A stretch of 64,000 bases of DNA. Origin: an uncultured Prevotella sp. Its GTDB lineage: Bacteria > Bacteroidota > Bacteroidia > Bacteroidales > Bacteroidaceae. Position numbers and translations under genes: made by a program. The notes beneath the pieces are model-generated. The model did no database searches, was not told the DNA's origin, and worked only from the letters and a program-made list of their open reading frames with translations. Within the stretch, counting starts at the first letter, position 1. The number at the start of each line of letters is the position of its first letter. The stretch spans positions 9,935 through 73,934 of the forward strand of contig CAZRGO010000010.1 of assembly GCA_964599665.1 (NCBI GenBank). Direction: 5' to 3'. This document shows, piece by piece, positions 28,625 to 37,126 of the stretch.

Positions 28625-29686
28625 TTACCGATACAATATGCGCCTCGCCGCTTCTATTATCGTGTCTATGCCCGACAGCATATCGCTTTCCGTTATGCCC
28701 ACGACTATATCGGGGGCTATCCCATGTTCGGTTGAATTCCCCTCCGCATCGTACATGGGGCAAGCGGAGAAGCGTACTCCCCAACCGTTGGGCAGTTCGG
28801 CGGAATAAGGCATTCCCGACCCGCCGCCGGTTGTATCGCCAACAATCGTGACACGCGGCATGCGATGCATGTATTTTACAAATTCATTGGCGGCACTATA
28901 CACGCTGCGATTGGTCAACACACACACTTTCTTCTGCCAGCGTATGCCTGCGGACGGTGACAGCCACTGCTCCTCCATTGCTGAAAAATCATCATGCCCA
29001 GGTCCTGTCTTGTGCTGCATATAGCCAACAAACGTATTCTCGTTACAGAAACGTGCCGCAAGTCTCTGCGCCTCGGTCAGCATTCCACCGCCATTGTTAC
29101 GCACATCGACTATAAGTCCCTGACAGGCGGAGAGATAAAGCAGTGCCTCATCTATATTGCCATCGCCCATCTCGTCTGCAAAGCTACCGACATATATATA
29201 TCCGACATTGTCATCGAGAATGCGATAGTACATGCCTGACGTTATTCGGTAGTCTGTACCAAGATAGCAACGCAGCAGAGCATCAGAGTAATTGTCGGGA
29301 TAATCCTCCTTCCACGACCAGTTACGGGCATAGTCGAACGTTGCCGTGAGATTGACATGACCGTCCCGCAACTCACCAATCATATTGCCGAGAAACTCAA
29401 AAAGCTGTGTGCGAGACATATTGTCGCTGACATTCGCAAGGTAACGGCGGCGCACATCACCCCAATCCACACCAAGCTGTTGCCGTTTTTCCGCAAAGAA
29501 GCAATAATGCTCATCCATTATCTTCCATAACGCCTCGGTGTTGTCACGGCACGTGTTACTATAGTCGTCGGCCTCAACGCACGAGACAAGCAACACCAAC
29601 GTCACGGCAACGCAAAACACTGTCAGCCCACGTACCGCACGGCAAGCCCTTAAAGCATAAACATTCAGATATAATCCACACGCCAT
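28625..29686 (-). CDS. S41-family peptidase lipoprotein
   Basis: 353 aa with a lipoprotein signal (LVLLVSC). S41 motifs VDVRNNGGG, TNRSVYSAANEF (catalytic Ser region) and GDTTGGG. Confidence 0.8.
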   Translation of the reverse strand: MACGLYLNVYALRACRAVRGLTVFCVAVTLVLLVSCVEADDYSNTCRDNTEALWKIMDEHYCFFAEKRQQLGVDWGDVRRRYLANVSDNMSRTQLFEFLGNMIGELRDGHVNLTATFDYARNWSWKEDYPDNYSDALLRCYLGTDYRITSGMYYRILDDNVGYIYVGSFADEMGDGNIDEALLYLSACQGLIVDVRNNGGGMLTEAQRLAARFCNENTFVGYMQHKTGPGHDDFSAMEEQWLSPSAGIRWQKKVCVLTNRSVYSAANEFVKYMHRMPRVTIVGDTTGGGSGMPYSAELPNGWGVRFSACPMYDAEGNSTEHGIAPDIVVGITESDMLSGIDTIIEAARRILYR

Positions 29687-29709
29687 ACTGTTTGTAACTA
29701 CATATAAGA

Positions 29710-30510
29710 CTAATTCTTTTTTATTACCAGACCTATTGTCGCAGCATTATAATACTGATGCTGCCGCAGGTTGTTTGGCTTGGCCTGACGATAGTCCCCC
29801 AAATAGCCCACGCGCAGTGCGCAACGGGTTGACAATGGCACATCTACACTAATGTGGTGCCACAATTGCGGCACGGCAATGGATGTGAACACCACATTGT
29901 GGTCATAATTGCCCTGATTGAACATCTCATAATATGACTGCCCGTAATTAGGTGAGAACATCATGCCCACGAGAGGCATACGCCCCTCCCAGTTAATCAC
30001 AAACGTTTTGCCAAGCAACGGCAACATATAACGCAGCAAGACATGGGGACCGAGGTCAAGAGACATATAACCCTGAGCGGGATTATTGGCGGAATTGCGC
30101 ATATTATACGCAAAACCGACATCGTAATGAGCCATACCGCCAACAAACAGGCGCAGACGTTCATTGCGTATCGGGAAACGACACATCATAGTATATGTAA
30201 AATCGTAGCTGCCATACAACGCATTGGCATTGCCGGCACTGTTCTCTGTAGTGGCCAGACGCCCTTCATGGGTCAGCATATATGCCACGGGGCGTTTGCG
30301 GCTATTCCTTAAAACCTCTGAAATGAAACATCCCTCAAAACCGGTGTACTGCTCCGGCGAGAGATAAGTATCGAGACAATCGCCCCGCCCTAACGCAATT
30401 TGCGTTGCTACCTCCTGTGCATCTGACTGCAAAGAAGATAACAACGCAAACAGTATTACAAGCAATGCCTTAATGAAAGACCTGCGGTTATATTGCAAGA
30501 GCATTTTCAT
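29710..30510 (-). CDS. Hypothetical secreted protein (signal peptide; possibly outer-membrane associated)
   Basis: 266 aa with signal peptide ...LLSSLQSDAQ and an aromatic/Gly-rich beta-type composition. I could not assign a confident family from memory. Confidence 0.5.
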   Translation of the reverse strand: MKMLLQYNRRSFIKALLVILFALLSSLQSDAQEVATQIALGRGDCLDTYLSPEQYTGFEGCFISEVLRNSRKRPVAYMLTHEGRLATTENSAGNANALYGSYDFTYTMMCRFPIRNERLRLFVGGMAHYDVGFAYNMRNSANNPAQGYMSLDLGPHVLLRYMLPLLGKTFVINWEGRMPLVGMMFSPNYGQSYYEMFNQGNYDHNVVFTSIAVPQLWHHISVDVPLSTRCALRVGYLGDYRQAKPNNLRQHQYYNAATIGLVIKKN

Positions 30511-30522
30511 AAATCCATATTT

Positions 30523-33261
30523 TTAGAACAGACTCAACTGCCCCGTTATCTCATCTCTCACCTGCTGCTCGCTCTTGCCGGCATCAGGGTCAAGGTTTTC
30601 CGGCTCGGTAGCACCGTCATTGGGTTCGCCCCCACCGTCATCGACAGGAGTCTCAGGGAATCGCAACGGCTCAAGTTCCTCCACCTTGGCTATATTAAAG
30701 GTGCTGATACGCTTGCCCTTGGCCTTGAAGCCTTTCACACTCACAAACTGCTCCGCATCAATTTCCATTGGCTCACGGAAAGCGTCATTGCCGCCAAACG
30801 TCACAAGCAGACGCGGATAAGGGCAATCAGTCAGCAGCAACAATTTGTTTTTGGCGTTCTCGCCCATGAAAGAGCGATGGTTCTTTATCGCCTCCATTTC
30901 AAAACGCTTGACATATCCGAATCCGTTGTTGTCGGCATCAAGAAGCACGGCCGTCCATGGCTTGTGCTCATCCCATTTCTCTATGCGCAGGATATTCTGC
31001 TCAAAATGGTTGTTTGGGTCGTGGGTGGTGATATAGAAGTCACCGTTGTCAAGCACCACGAGTATGCTGTCGTCATCATGGAATTTGCCAAGCGACACAC
31101 CGTGCGAGTCGTAGTTGAGACGGTTGACATCGGCATCCCACCATACCTCCCTGCCCCCGAGAGTGGAATGGCCGTGGCTTTTAAGGCCTATCTTGTGTAT
31201 CGGCTGCCGGGAAAGGATGTTGCCGCGGGCGGCTCGTCCTTTGACTGCAATCTCAGCGAAGTCTTTTTCAAGGAATATCTTCTTCACCTTCGGTCCCGGC
31301 TCCAATGTTATCTTTATAACCTCTGCCTCGCCGTTGGGATTAGCCGTGAAATAAAGTACCTTGCTGCCCTTAGTGCCTTGGGTAATATCATACTCGCGGT
31401 CACGTGTGCAAGAGTCTACATTGAAACGTTTTATGTAATATATACCGTCCTTACCGTCACGATATACCACGTTGTAGGTGGTACGACGGTCACTGCGTTT
31501 CCATATACCGACATGCAGAATATTCTTGCCAACATTGATTTTGTCGGCTATACGCACAACCTTGAAACGTCCGTCGCGGTAGAATATTATCACATCATCA
31601 ATGTCGGAGCAGTTGCAAACAAACTCCGCTTTTTTCAGGCCGGTGCCTATAAAGCCCTCCTGACGGTCTATGTATAGTTTCTCATTGGCCTCCACTACCT
31701 TGGTGGCCTCAATGGTATCGAAGTTGCGTATCTCAGTAAGACGGGGATGTTCAGCTCCATATTTCTCTTTAAGATGCGCATACCATTCGCAGGTAATGTC
31801 CACAAGATGGTTGAGATCATGTTCTATCTGCTCTATCTCAGCCTGTATCTTGGATATCAATTCTTCCGCCTGGTCTTTGGAGAACTTCAGGATTCGTTTC
31901 ATCTTTATCTCCATAAGGCGCAATATGTCGTCCTTGCGCACCTCACGCACCAACTGCGGATAGTATGGCGTAAGACGCTCATCAATATGCTCGCATGCCT
32001 TGTCCATGCTCTCCGCATTCTCGTATTTCTTATCTTTATAAATACGCTCCTCGATAAATATCTTCTCAAGTGAGCAGAAGAACAGTTGCTCCTGCAACTC
32101 GCTTCTGCGTATCTCAAGCTCTCGTTTCAACAGACTCTTGGTCTGCTCGGCACTTGCCCTCAACACGTCACTTATGGTAAGGAACTGCGGTTTACGGTCT
32201 TTGATCACACAACAGTTCGGGGAGATGCTTATCTCGCAGTCGGTAAAGGCATACAGGGCATCAAGAGTCTTGTCTGATGACACTCCGGGGGAGAGGTGAA
32301 CCAATATCTCTACGTTGGCAGCCGTGAGGTTCTCCACCTTCCTTACCTTTATCTTTCCTTTCTCCACAGCCTTTGTTATGCTGTCGATAAGGGTCTCGGA
32401 GGTCTTGGAATATGGTATATCCCTGATGACAAGGGTCTTCTGATCCAACTTCTCTATCTTGGCTCTAACCCGTAAAGAGCCGCCACGCTGACCGTCATTA
32501 TAACGCGACACGTCTATGGAGCCGCCCGTAGGGAAATCTGGGTAAAGGCTAAACTCCTTGCCACGAAGATAAGCCACGGCCGCATCGCATATCTCACAGA
32601 AGTTATGGGGCATGATTTTTGAATTCAATCCCACGGCGATACCTTCCACGCCCTGTGCCAGAAGCAACGGATATTTGACCGGCAAAGTGATAGGTTCCTT
32701 ATTACGGCCATCGTATGACATCTGCCATTCGGTGGTTTTCGGATTAAAGACCGTCTCCAAAGCGAATTTGGAGAGACGGGCCTCAATGTAACGTGGCGCC
32801 GCGGCAGCAGAACCTGTAAGGATATTTCCCCAATTGCCCTGAGTGTCTATGAGCAGATCTTTTTGCCCCAACTGCACCAAAGCGTCGCCAATGGAGGCAT
32901 CGCCGTGCGGATGGAACTGCATAGTATGTCCGACAATATTTGCGACTTTGTTGTATCTTCCGTCATCCATTCGCTTCATGGAATGCAGAATGCGACGCTG
33001 AACCGGTTTCAACCCATCCTCAATATATGGAACGGCACGCTCCAATATGACATAAGAGGCATAGTCAAGAAACCAGTTCTGGTACATACCGCTAAGATGA
33101 TGTACTACAGAAGCATCAAAACGATTGGCGGGACGGTAGTCAGTTGACTCCGTCTCGCCAATCGTCTCCGCCGTGTTCACATCGTCTGCAAACTCTACGG
33201 ATTGGTCTATGTTTTCATTATTCTGTTCTTCTGCTGGTGGGAAGTTTCTATCGTCGGACAT
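30523..33261 (-). CDS. parC: DNA topoisomerase IV subunit A (type IIA topoisomerase A subunit)
   Basis: 912 aa. Motifs RAVPYIEDGLKPVQRRILH and AAAPRYIEARL (catalytic Tyr region), with a C-terminal beta-pinwheel region. Assignment of ParC versus GyrA rests on the Bacteroidetes-type extended N- and C-termini, which is inference. Confidence 0.8.
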   Translation of the reverse strand: MSDDRNFPPAEEQNNENIDQSVEFADDVNTAETIGETESTDYRPANRFDASVVHHLSGMYQNWFLDYASYVILERAVPYIEDGLKPVQRRILHSMKRMDDGRYNKVANIVGHTMQFHPHGDASIGDALVQLGQKDLLIDTQGNWGNILTGSAAAAPRYIEARLSKFALETVFNPKTTEWQMSYDGRNKEPITLPVKYPLLLAQGVEGIAVGLNSKIMPHNFCEICDAAVAYLRGKEFSLYPDFPTGGSIDVSRYNDGQRGGSLRVRAKIEKLDQKTLVIRDIPYSKTSETLIDSITKAVEKGKIKVRKVENLTAANVEILVHLSPGVSSDKTLDALYAFTDCEISISPNCCVIKDRKPQFLTISDVLRASAEQTKSLLKRELEIRRSELQEQLFFCSLEKIFIEERIYKDKKYENAESMDKACEHIDERLTPYYPQLVREVRKDDILRLMEIKMKRILKFSKDQAEELISKIQAEIEQIEHDLNHLVDITCEWYAHLKEKYGAEHPRLTEIRNFDTIEATKVVEANEKLYIDRQEGFIGTGLKKAEFVCNCSDIDDVIIFYRDGRFKVVRIADKINVGKNILHVGIWKRSDRRTTYNVVYRDGKDGIYYIKRFNVDSCTRDREYDITQGTKGSKVLYFTANPNGEAEVIKITLEPGPKVKKIFLEKDFAEIAVKGRAARGNILSRQPIHKIGLKSHGHSTLGGREVWWDADVNRLNYDSHGVSLGKFHDDDSILVVLDNGDFYITTHDPNNHFEQNILRIEKWDEHKPWTAVLLDADNNGFGYVKRFEMEAIKNHRSFMGENAKNKLLLLTDCPYPRLLVTFGGNDAFREPMEIDAEQFVSVKGFKAKGKRISTFNIAKVEELEPLRFPETPVDDGGGEPNDGATEPENLDPDAGKSEQQVRDEITGQLSLF

Positions 33262-33321
33262 AGTTTAATGTGTTTATCAAAGTCTGCCAACATAAATATT
33301 GCTTATGTCATGGGCCATACT

Positions 33322-33987
33322 CTACTGGAAACTTGGCAAGCTCTGTCCCGAACGCGCAAAGGAATGCAACGTCATGTCAAATATCAGGACACTGTAAGCG
33401 GGGATGGTTGAACTGGAATTGGCATTGTATGCCAACTGATACGGGATGCACACCTCCCATCTGTCGCCTACATGCATATATTGCAAAGCCGTGGCAAAGC
33501 CGTCATTCAGTCCGCTTACGATATATGAGGACGGAACCATAGTGGCGGTATTGTACTCTCCATACCAAGAGGCATCAAACATATAGCCCTTGGCAATGAA
33601 TGACGTTGATGACACATTGTGGTTTGACGATGGTATGAGATTGCCCTGGAAATGCACCCGGATAGAGTCAGAATAATACGGAGTCTCGGCAAATGGCGGA
33701 ACGGTACATTCGTCATGCGGAGTCCTTTGTTCAAGAACATGCACTATAATATAATCGGTATGCGCTCCTTCCACAGCCTGATCCTTGGAGTATGATTTTA
33801 TGATCTTCCACGTATCGGGATGCTTTGCAATGCTGTCAAGAGCTCTTTGATATTGTTGTTCAAAGAAATCGTCATTCCTTGCCTGCCAGTTATCATACTC
33901 GGTATCGTCATTTTCCGTTTCAGAACATGAGACTACAGCAGATAATCCGACAAGGTATGCCAGCAATATGAACAGAAATCTGTGCAT
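33322..33987 (-). CDS. FKBP-type peptidyl-prolyl isomerase lipoprotein
   Basis: 221 aa with a lipoprotein signal (LSAVVSC). C-terminal FKBP-like segment: VSGLNDGFATALQYMHVGDRWEVCIPYQLAYN...IPAYSVLIFDMTL. Confidence 0.65.
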   Translation of the reverse strand: MHRFLFILLAYLVGLSAVVSCSETENDDTEYDNWQARNDDFFEQQYQRALDSIAKHPDTWKIIKSYSKDQAVEGAHTDYIIVHVLEQRTPHDECTVPPFAETPYYSDSIRVHFQGNLIPSSNHNVSSTSFIAKGYMFDASWYGEYNTATMVPSSYIVSGLNDGFATALQYMHVGDRWEVCIPYQLAYNANSSSTIPAYSVLIFDMTLHSFARSGQSLPSFQ

Positions 33988-34007
33988 CAGTTGTTCGTTT
34001 TGTGAGT

Positions 34008-35552
34008 TTATTTAAGTTTCTTCAAGAGAGAAGTAATAGACACCTGATCCTCTATAATGCCACGCAACTCGCTAACATTTACACGCTTCTGTTCCATTGT
34101 ATCACGGTAACGCAACGTAACGGTATTGTCTTCCAGAGTCTGATGATCTACGGTAACGCAGAACGGTGTGCCGATAGCGTCCTGACGACGATAGCGTTTG
34201 CCTATCTGATCCTTCTCCTCATATTTGCAGTTGAAATGGAATTTCAAATCGTTCATTATATCCATAGCCTTCTCCGGCAGCCCGTCTTTCTTGGTAAGCG
34301 GGAACACAGCCAGTTTAACCGGAGCCAAAGCGGCAGGCAAATGCAGCACCGTACGGGTCTCGCCATTTTCCAGTTTCTCTTCCTCGTAAGAGTGACACAT
34401 AATAGAAAGGAACATGCGATCCACTCCGATTGAAGTCTCAATGACATACGGAGTGTATGACTCGTTTATCTCAGGGTCAAAATATTTGATCTGTTTGCCG
34501 GAGAACTTCTCGTGTTGTGAGAGGTCAAAGTTGGTGCGGGAGTGTATGCCCTCCACCTCTTTGAAGCCGAACGGCATGTGGAACTCGATGTCAGTGGCGG
34601 CGTTGGCATAGTGAGCCAGCTTGTCATGGTCGTGGAAACGGTAGTTATCCGCACCGAAACCAAGGTTCTGATGCCACTTCATACGGGTCTCCTTCCATTT
34701 AGCGAACCAGTCAAGTTCTGTACCCGGCTTGATGAAGAACTGCATCTCCATCTGCTCAAACTCACGCATACGGAAGATAAACTGCCTTGCAACAATCTCA
34801 TTACGGAAAGCCTTACCAATCTGGGCAATACCAAACGGTATCTTCATGCGGCCGGTTTTCTGCACGTTAAGGTAGTTGACAAAGATGCCTTGCGCTGTCT
34901 CCGGACGCAGATATATCTTCATTGCATTGTCGGCAGAGGCTCCCATCTCGGTAGAGAACATCAGGTTGAACTGACGCACATCAGTCCAGTTACGTGTACC
35001 TGATATTGGACATACTATCTCTTCGTCCACGATAATCTGCTTAAGCATATCAAGGTCCATAGCATTCATGGCCTCAGCATAACGCGCATGCAAGTCGTCA
35101 AACTTCTTTTGGTTCTCCAATACACGTGGATTTGTCTGGCGGAACTGTTCCTCATCGAAGCTATCGCCAAACTTCTTTTGCGCTTTTGCTATTTCCTTTG
35201 CTATCTTTTCCTCATATTTAGCCATCTGCTCCTCAATGAGCACATCGGCACGATAACGTTTCTTTGAGTCACGATTGTCGATAAGAGGATCATTGAAAGC
35301 ATCGACATGGCCGGAAGCTTTCCATATAGTAGGATGCATAAATATTGCTGAATCAATACCTACGATATTGTCATGCAACAACACCATTGACTGCCACCAG
35401 TACTGTTTGATGTTGTTCTTCATCTCTACGCCATTCTGACCATAATCATATACGGCTCCCAATCCGTCATAAACATCACTTGACGGGAAAACGAAACCAT
35501 ACTCCTTACAGTGACTTACAATCTTCTTAAAAACGTCTTCTTGCTGTGCCAT
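34008..35552 (-). CDS. glyQS: Glycine--tRNA ligase (homodimeric class II)
   Basis: 514 aa. N-terminus FKKIVSHCKEYGFVFPSSDVYDGLGAVYDYGQNGVEMKNNIKQYWW and full-length class II GlyRS colinearity. Confidence 0.92.
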   Translation of the reverse strand: MAQQEDVFKKIVSHCKEYGFVFPSSDVYDGLGAVYDYGQNGVEMKNNIKQYWWQSMVLLHDNIVGIDSAIFMHPTIWKASGHVDAFNDPLIDNRDSKKRYRADVLIEEQMAKYEEKIAKEIAKAQKKFGDSFDEEQFRQTNPRVLENQKKFDDLHARYAEAMNAMDLDMLKQIIVDEEIVCPISGTRNWTDVRQFNLMFSTEMGASADNAMKIYLRPETAQGIFVNYLNVQKTGRMKIPFGIAQIGKAFRNEIVARQFIFRMREFEQMEMQFFIKPGTELDWFAKWKETRMKWHQNLGFGADNYRFHDHDKLAHYANAATDIEFHMPFGFKEVEGIHSRTNFDLSQHEKFSGKQIKYFDPEINESYTPYVIETSIGVDRMFLSIMCHSYEEEKLENGETRTVLHLPAALAPVKLAVFPLTKKDGLPEKAMDIMNDLKFHFNCKYEEKDQIGKRYRRQDAIGTPFCVTVDHQTLEDNTVTLRYRDTMEQKRVNVSELRGIIEDQVSITSLLKKLK

Positions 35553-35693
35553 TTTATATATCGTAATATTAATATTGTTTATATTTCAAAATGCAAATTT
35601 ACTATTTTATTTTCATATAACTGTTTTTTCATATATAACGCACTGAATATTTTATACAATATTAACGCTAACAGGAGAGCATTGCATAAAGAA

Positions 35694-35752
35694 CATAAAA
35701 ACAAAAGCACCCGTTGGCAATCTCACATACATGAAATTTGCAACGGATGCTT
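35694..35752 (-). terminator. Intrinsic terminator of the beta-barrel OMP gene
   Basis: Hairpin at 35705-35752 (GCACCCGTTGGCAA / TTTGCAACGGATGC). Its single mismatch becomes a G-U pair in the minus-sense RNA. Followed on the minus strand by TTGTTTTTATG. Confidence 0.7.
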
Positions 35753-35801
35753 AGTCTATGCAAATATAATCAGGCTGTACCTTCCTGTCTGTCCATATAT
35801 T

Positions 35802-36527
35802 TTAGAAGATATAGCCCAAAGTAATATAATGATTATTTGTAGTAAGTTTTACACCACTACCGCTGTATTCCCATTTATAATAGTTAATAAGATCCTGCTG
35901 AAAACGATAGCCAAAAGACATTTGCTTGGAAAGAATGAAATTTACACCTACATTCATGCCAACCTGAACCCTATTTGCAGTAGAACCGACATCAAAAAGT
36001 TTTTCCATATCTGTTTCATTAAACATACTAAAAGAATACTGATTGTTGAGTTCAAGTGTACCGACAGCATTTATTTTCAAGTTAAAGCCAACATACGGAG
36101 CGATAGTGAATTTATTAGATGCCGGTATATGATAGGTTACATTTACAGGTATTTGCACATTCAACATATTCACATTCACGTCCATGTATTGATCATAAGC
36201 CGCCACAACCTCACTGCCGGAAGTATAATTCAACTCACAACCAAGTTCAAGAAACAGAGGCTCCGACGATGTCAAACTGAAAGCATGAGAATAGCCTATG
36301 TTTGCACCAATCATACTAAAATAGTCCACACCACCAAAATAATAAGCGGCATCATAATTGTTCAAACGCCCAAACCCACCGACACTCGCACCACCAAAGA
36401 CGACAGAAGCATACACTTTGTCGTAATCCCCAACAGCATTTGATGGTTTAACAGATAATGATGGCTCAGCAACAGAAGTCAAAGAGGCAGACAACATCAT
36501 AGTCATCGCAATAAAAATCTTTTTCAT
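35802..36527 (-). CDS. Outer-membrane beta-barrel protein (OmpA-beta-barrel/porin-like small OMP)
   Basis: 241 aa with a signal peptide (MTMMLSASLTSVA). Alternating aromatic/Gly beta-strand pattern and a terminal ...YITLGYIF with C-terminal Phe. Confidence 0.7.
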   Translation of the reverse strand: MKKIFIAMTMMLSASLTSVAEPSLSVKPSNAVGDYDKVYASVVFGGASVGGFGRLNNYDAAYYFGGVDYFSMIGANIGYSHAFSLTSSEPLFLELGCELNYTSGSEVVAAYDQYMDVNVNMLNVQIPVNVTYHIPASNKFTIAPYVGFNLKINAVGTLELNNQYSFSMFNETDMEKLFDVGSTANRVQVGMNVGVNFILSKQMSFGYRFQQDLINYYKWEYSGSGVKLTTNNHYITLGYIF

Positions 36528-36560
36528 TGTAGAATAATTTTAATGATTAATATATGTTTA

Positions 36561-36934
36561 TATAACAAAAAGCGTGGGGAAGCTGTAACTTACTTATCCC
36601 ACTCACGAGGCTCTGGTAAACCTAAACTATAAGGATAAGCAACCAGTTAGCCCACGCCGGCAGGATATTATATAAACACCCACACATACGTATATGACAA
36701 TCTGCGTTCACAGACAACACGTATGCGAAATGATGTAGGATATAAAACCACCTACATGGACGTTCCGTTGCGTCTCTTCTTATAGTTTTTCGAGAATTTA
36801 CCAGATTTTCGAGAGTAGAAGATAAACGTTTGTAAACGTCCCAACCAATATGTCAATAGGGAATAATCCCATATTTTCACACCGCTACAACGGTGTTAGA
36901 AACCCTCTTTCCCTTTCCGAGGCTAACTGGTTTC
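36561..36934 (-). ncRNA. Candidate structured 5' leader / attenuator RNA (or independent ~370-nt ncRNA) upstream of the OMP gene
   Basis: No ORF of 60 aa or more in any frame. Promoter immediately upstream (next feature). 12-bp long-range helix 36641-36652 / 36921-36932. Nested helices 36572-78/36651-57 and 36593-99/36633-39 are followed on the minus strand by TTTTT, about 38 nt before the OMP ATG. Several internal hairpins are present. Confidence 0.35.
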
Positions 36935-36939
36935 CGCTG

Positions 36940-36971
36940 CAAATTTAGTCATAATATTTAACATTTACAAA
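36940..36971 (-). promoter_or_regulatory. Promoter (-33 TTTG / -7 TAAATTTG) driving the leader and OMP gene
   Basis: Plus-strand CAAATTTA at 36940-36947 and CAAA at 36968-36971, giving an exact consensus with a 20-nt spacer on the minus strand. The predicted TSS at about 36934 abuts the first helix strand. Confidence 0.5.
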
Positions 36972-36995
36972 TTTTACCCTCATTTTTTACAATGC

Positions 36996-37043
36996 AAAAC
37001 GGCATGAATAGCAAGATTCATACTATGCTACTCACGCCGTTTT
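36996..37043. terminator. Hairpin terminator downstream of recQ (usable on both strands)
   Basis: AAAACGGCATGA (36996-37007) pairs with TCACGCCGTTTT (37032-37043), with an inner TAGCA/TGCTA stem. U-tract TTTTCTTTTTA on plus; GCCGTTTT on minus. Confidence 0.55.
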
Positions 37044-37126
37044 CTTTTTATATTTTCAGAGCGACAAAATAAAATTGTATCATACTGTCACTATCACAAT
37101 TGCGGCAGGACAGTAAAATCCAATTA

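Noticed and set aside
28503-28851. Two 101-aa plus-strand ORFs in and next to the 3' end of the S41 peptidase gene
   Set aside because: They are antisense to the conserved C-terminal S41 sequence. They have Pro/Arg/Ser-rich shadow composition.
30493-31677. 394-aa plus-strand ORF
   Set aside because: It is entirely antisense to the strongly supported parC gene. It has no recognisable motifs and the low-complexity composition typical of a shadow ORF.
35511-36443. 310-aa plus-strand ORF overlapping the glyQS start and the OMP gene
   Set aside because: It is antisense to two well-supported genes. It is rich in I/N/K/H runs from AT-rich DNA and has no promoter box or signal logic.
36641-36932. 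MITE or invertible promoter bounded by the 12-bp inverted repeats
   Set aside because: There is no target-site duplication flanking the repeats, no TAnnTTTG box inside the bounded segment on either strand, and no invertase gene nearby. I kept it only as an alternative hypothesis in the finding.
36561-36934. Known RNA genes (RNase P RNA, tmRNA, SRP RNA, TPP/cobalamin riboswitch) as the explanation for the structured region
   Set aside because: I could not find the conserved cores on either strand. Missing motifs: GAGGAAAGUCC / ACAGAA..GGCUUA for RNase P, the GGGG...UCCACCA acceptor and T-arm GGUUCGAAUCC for tmRNA, the SRP domain IV motif, the CUGAGA...ACCUGAUCUGGAUAAUGCCAGCG TPP core, and the B12 box. 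This was a by-eye check only.
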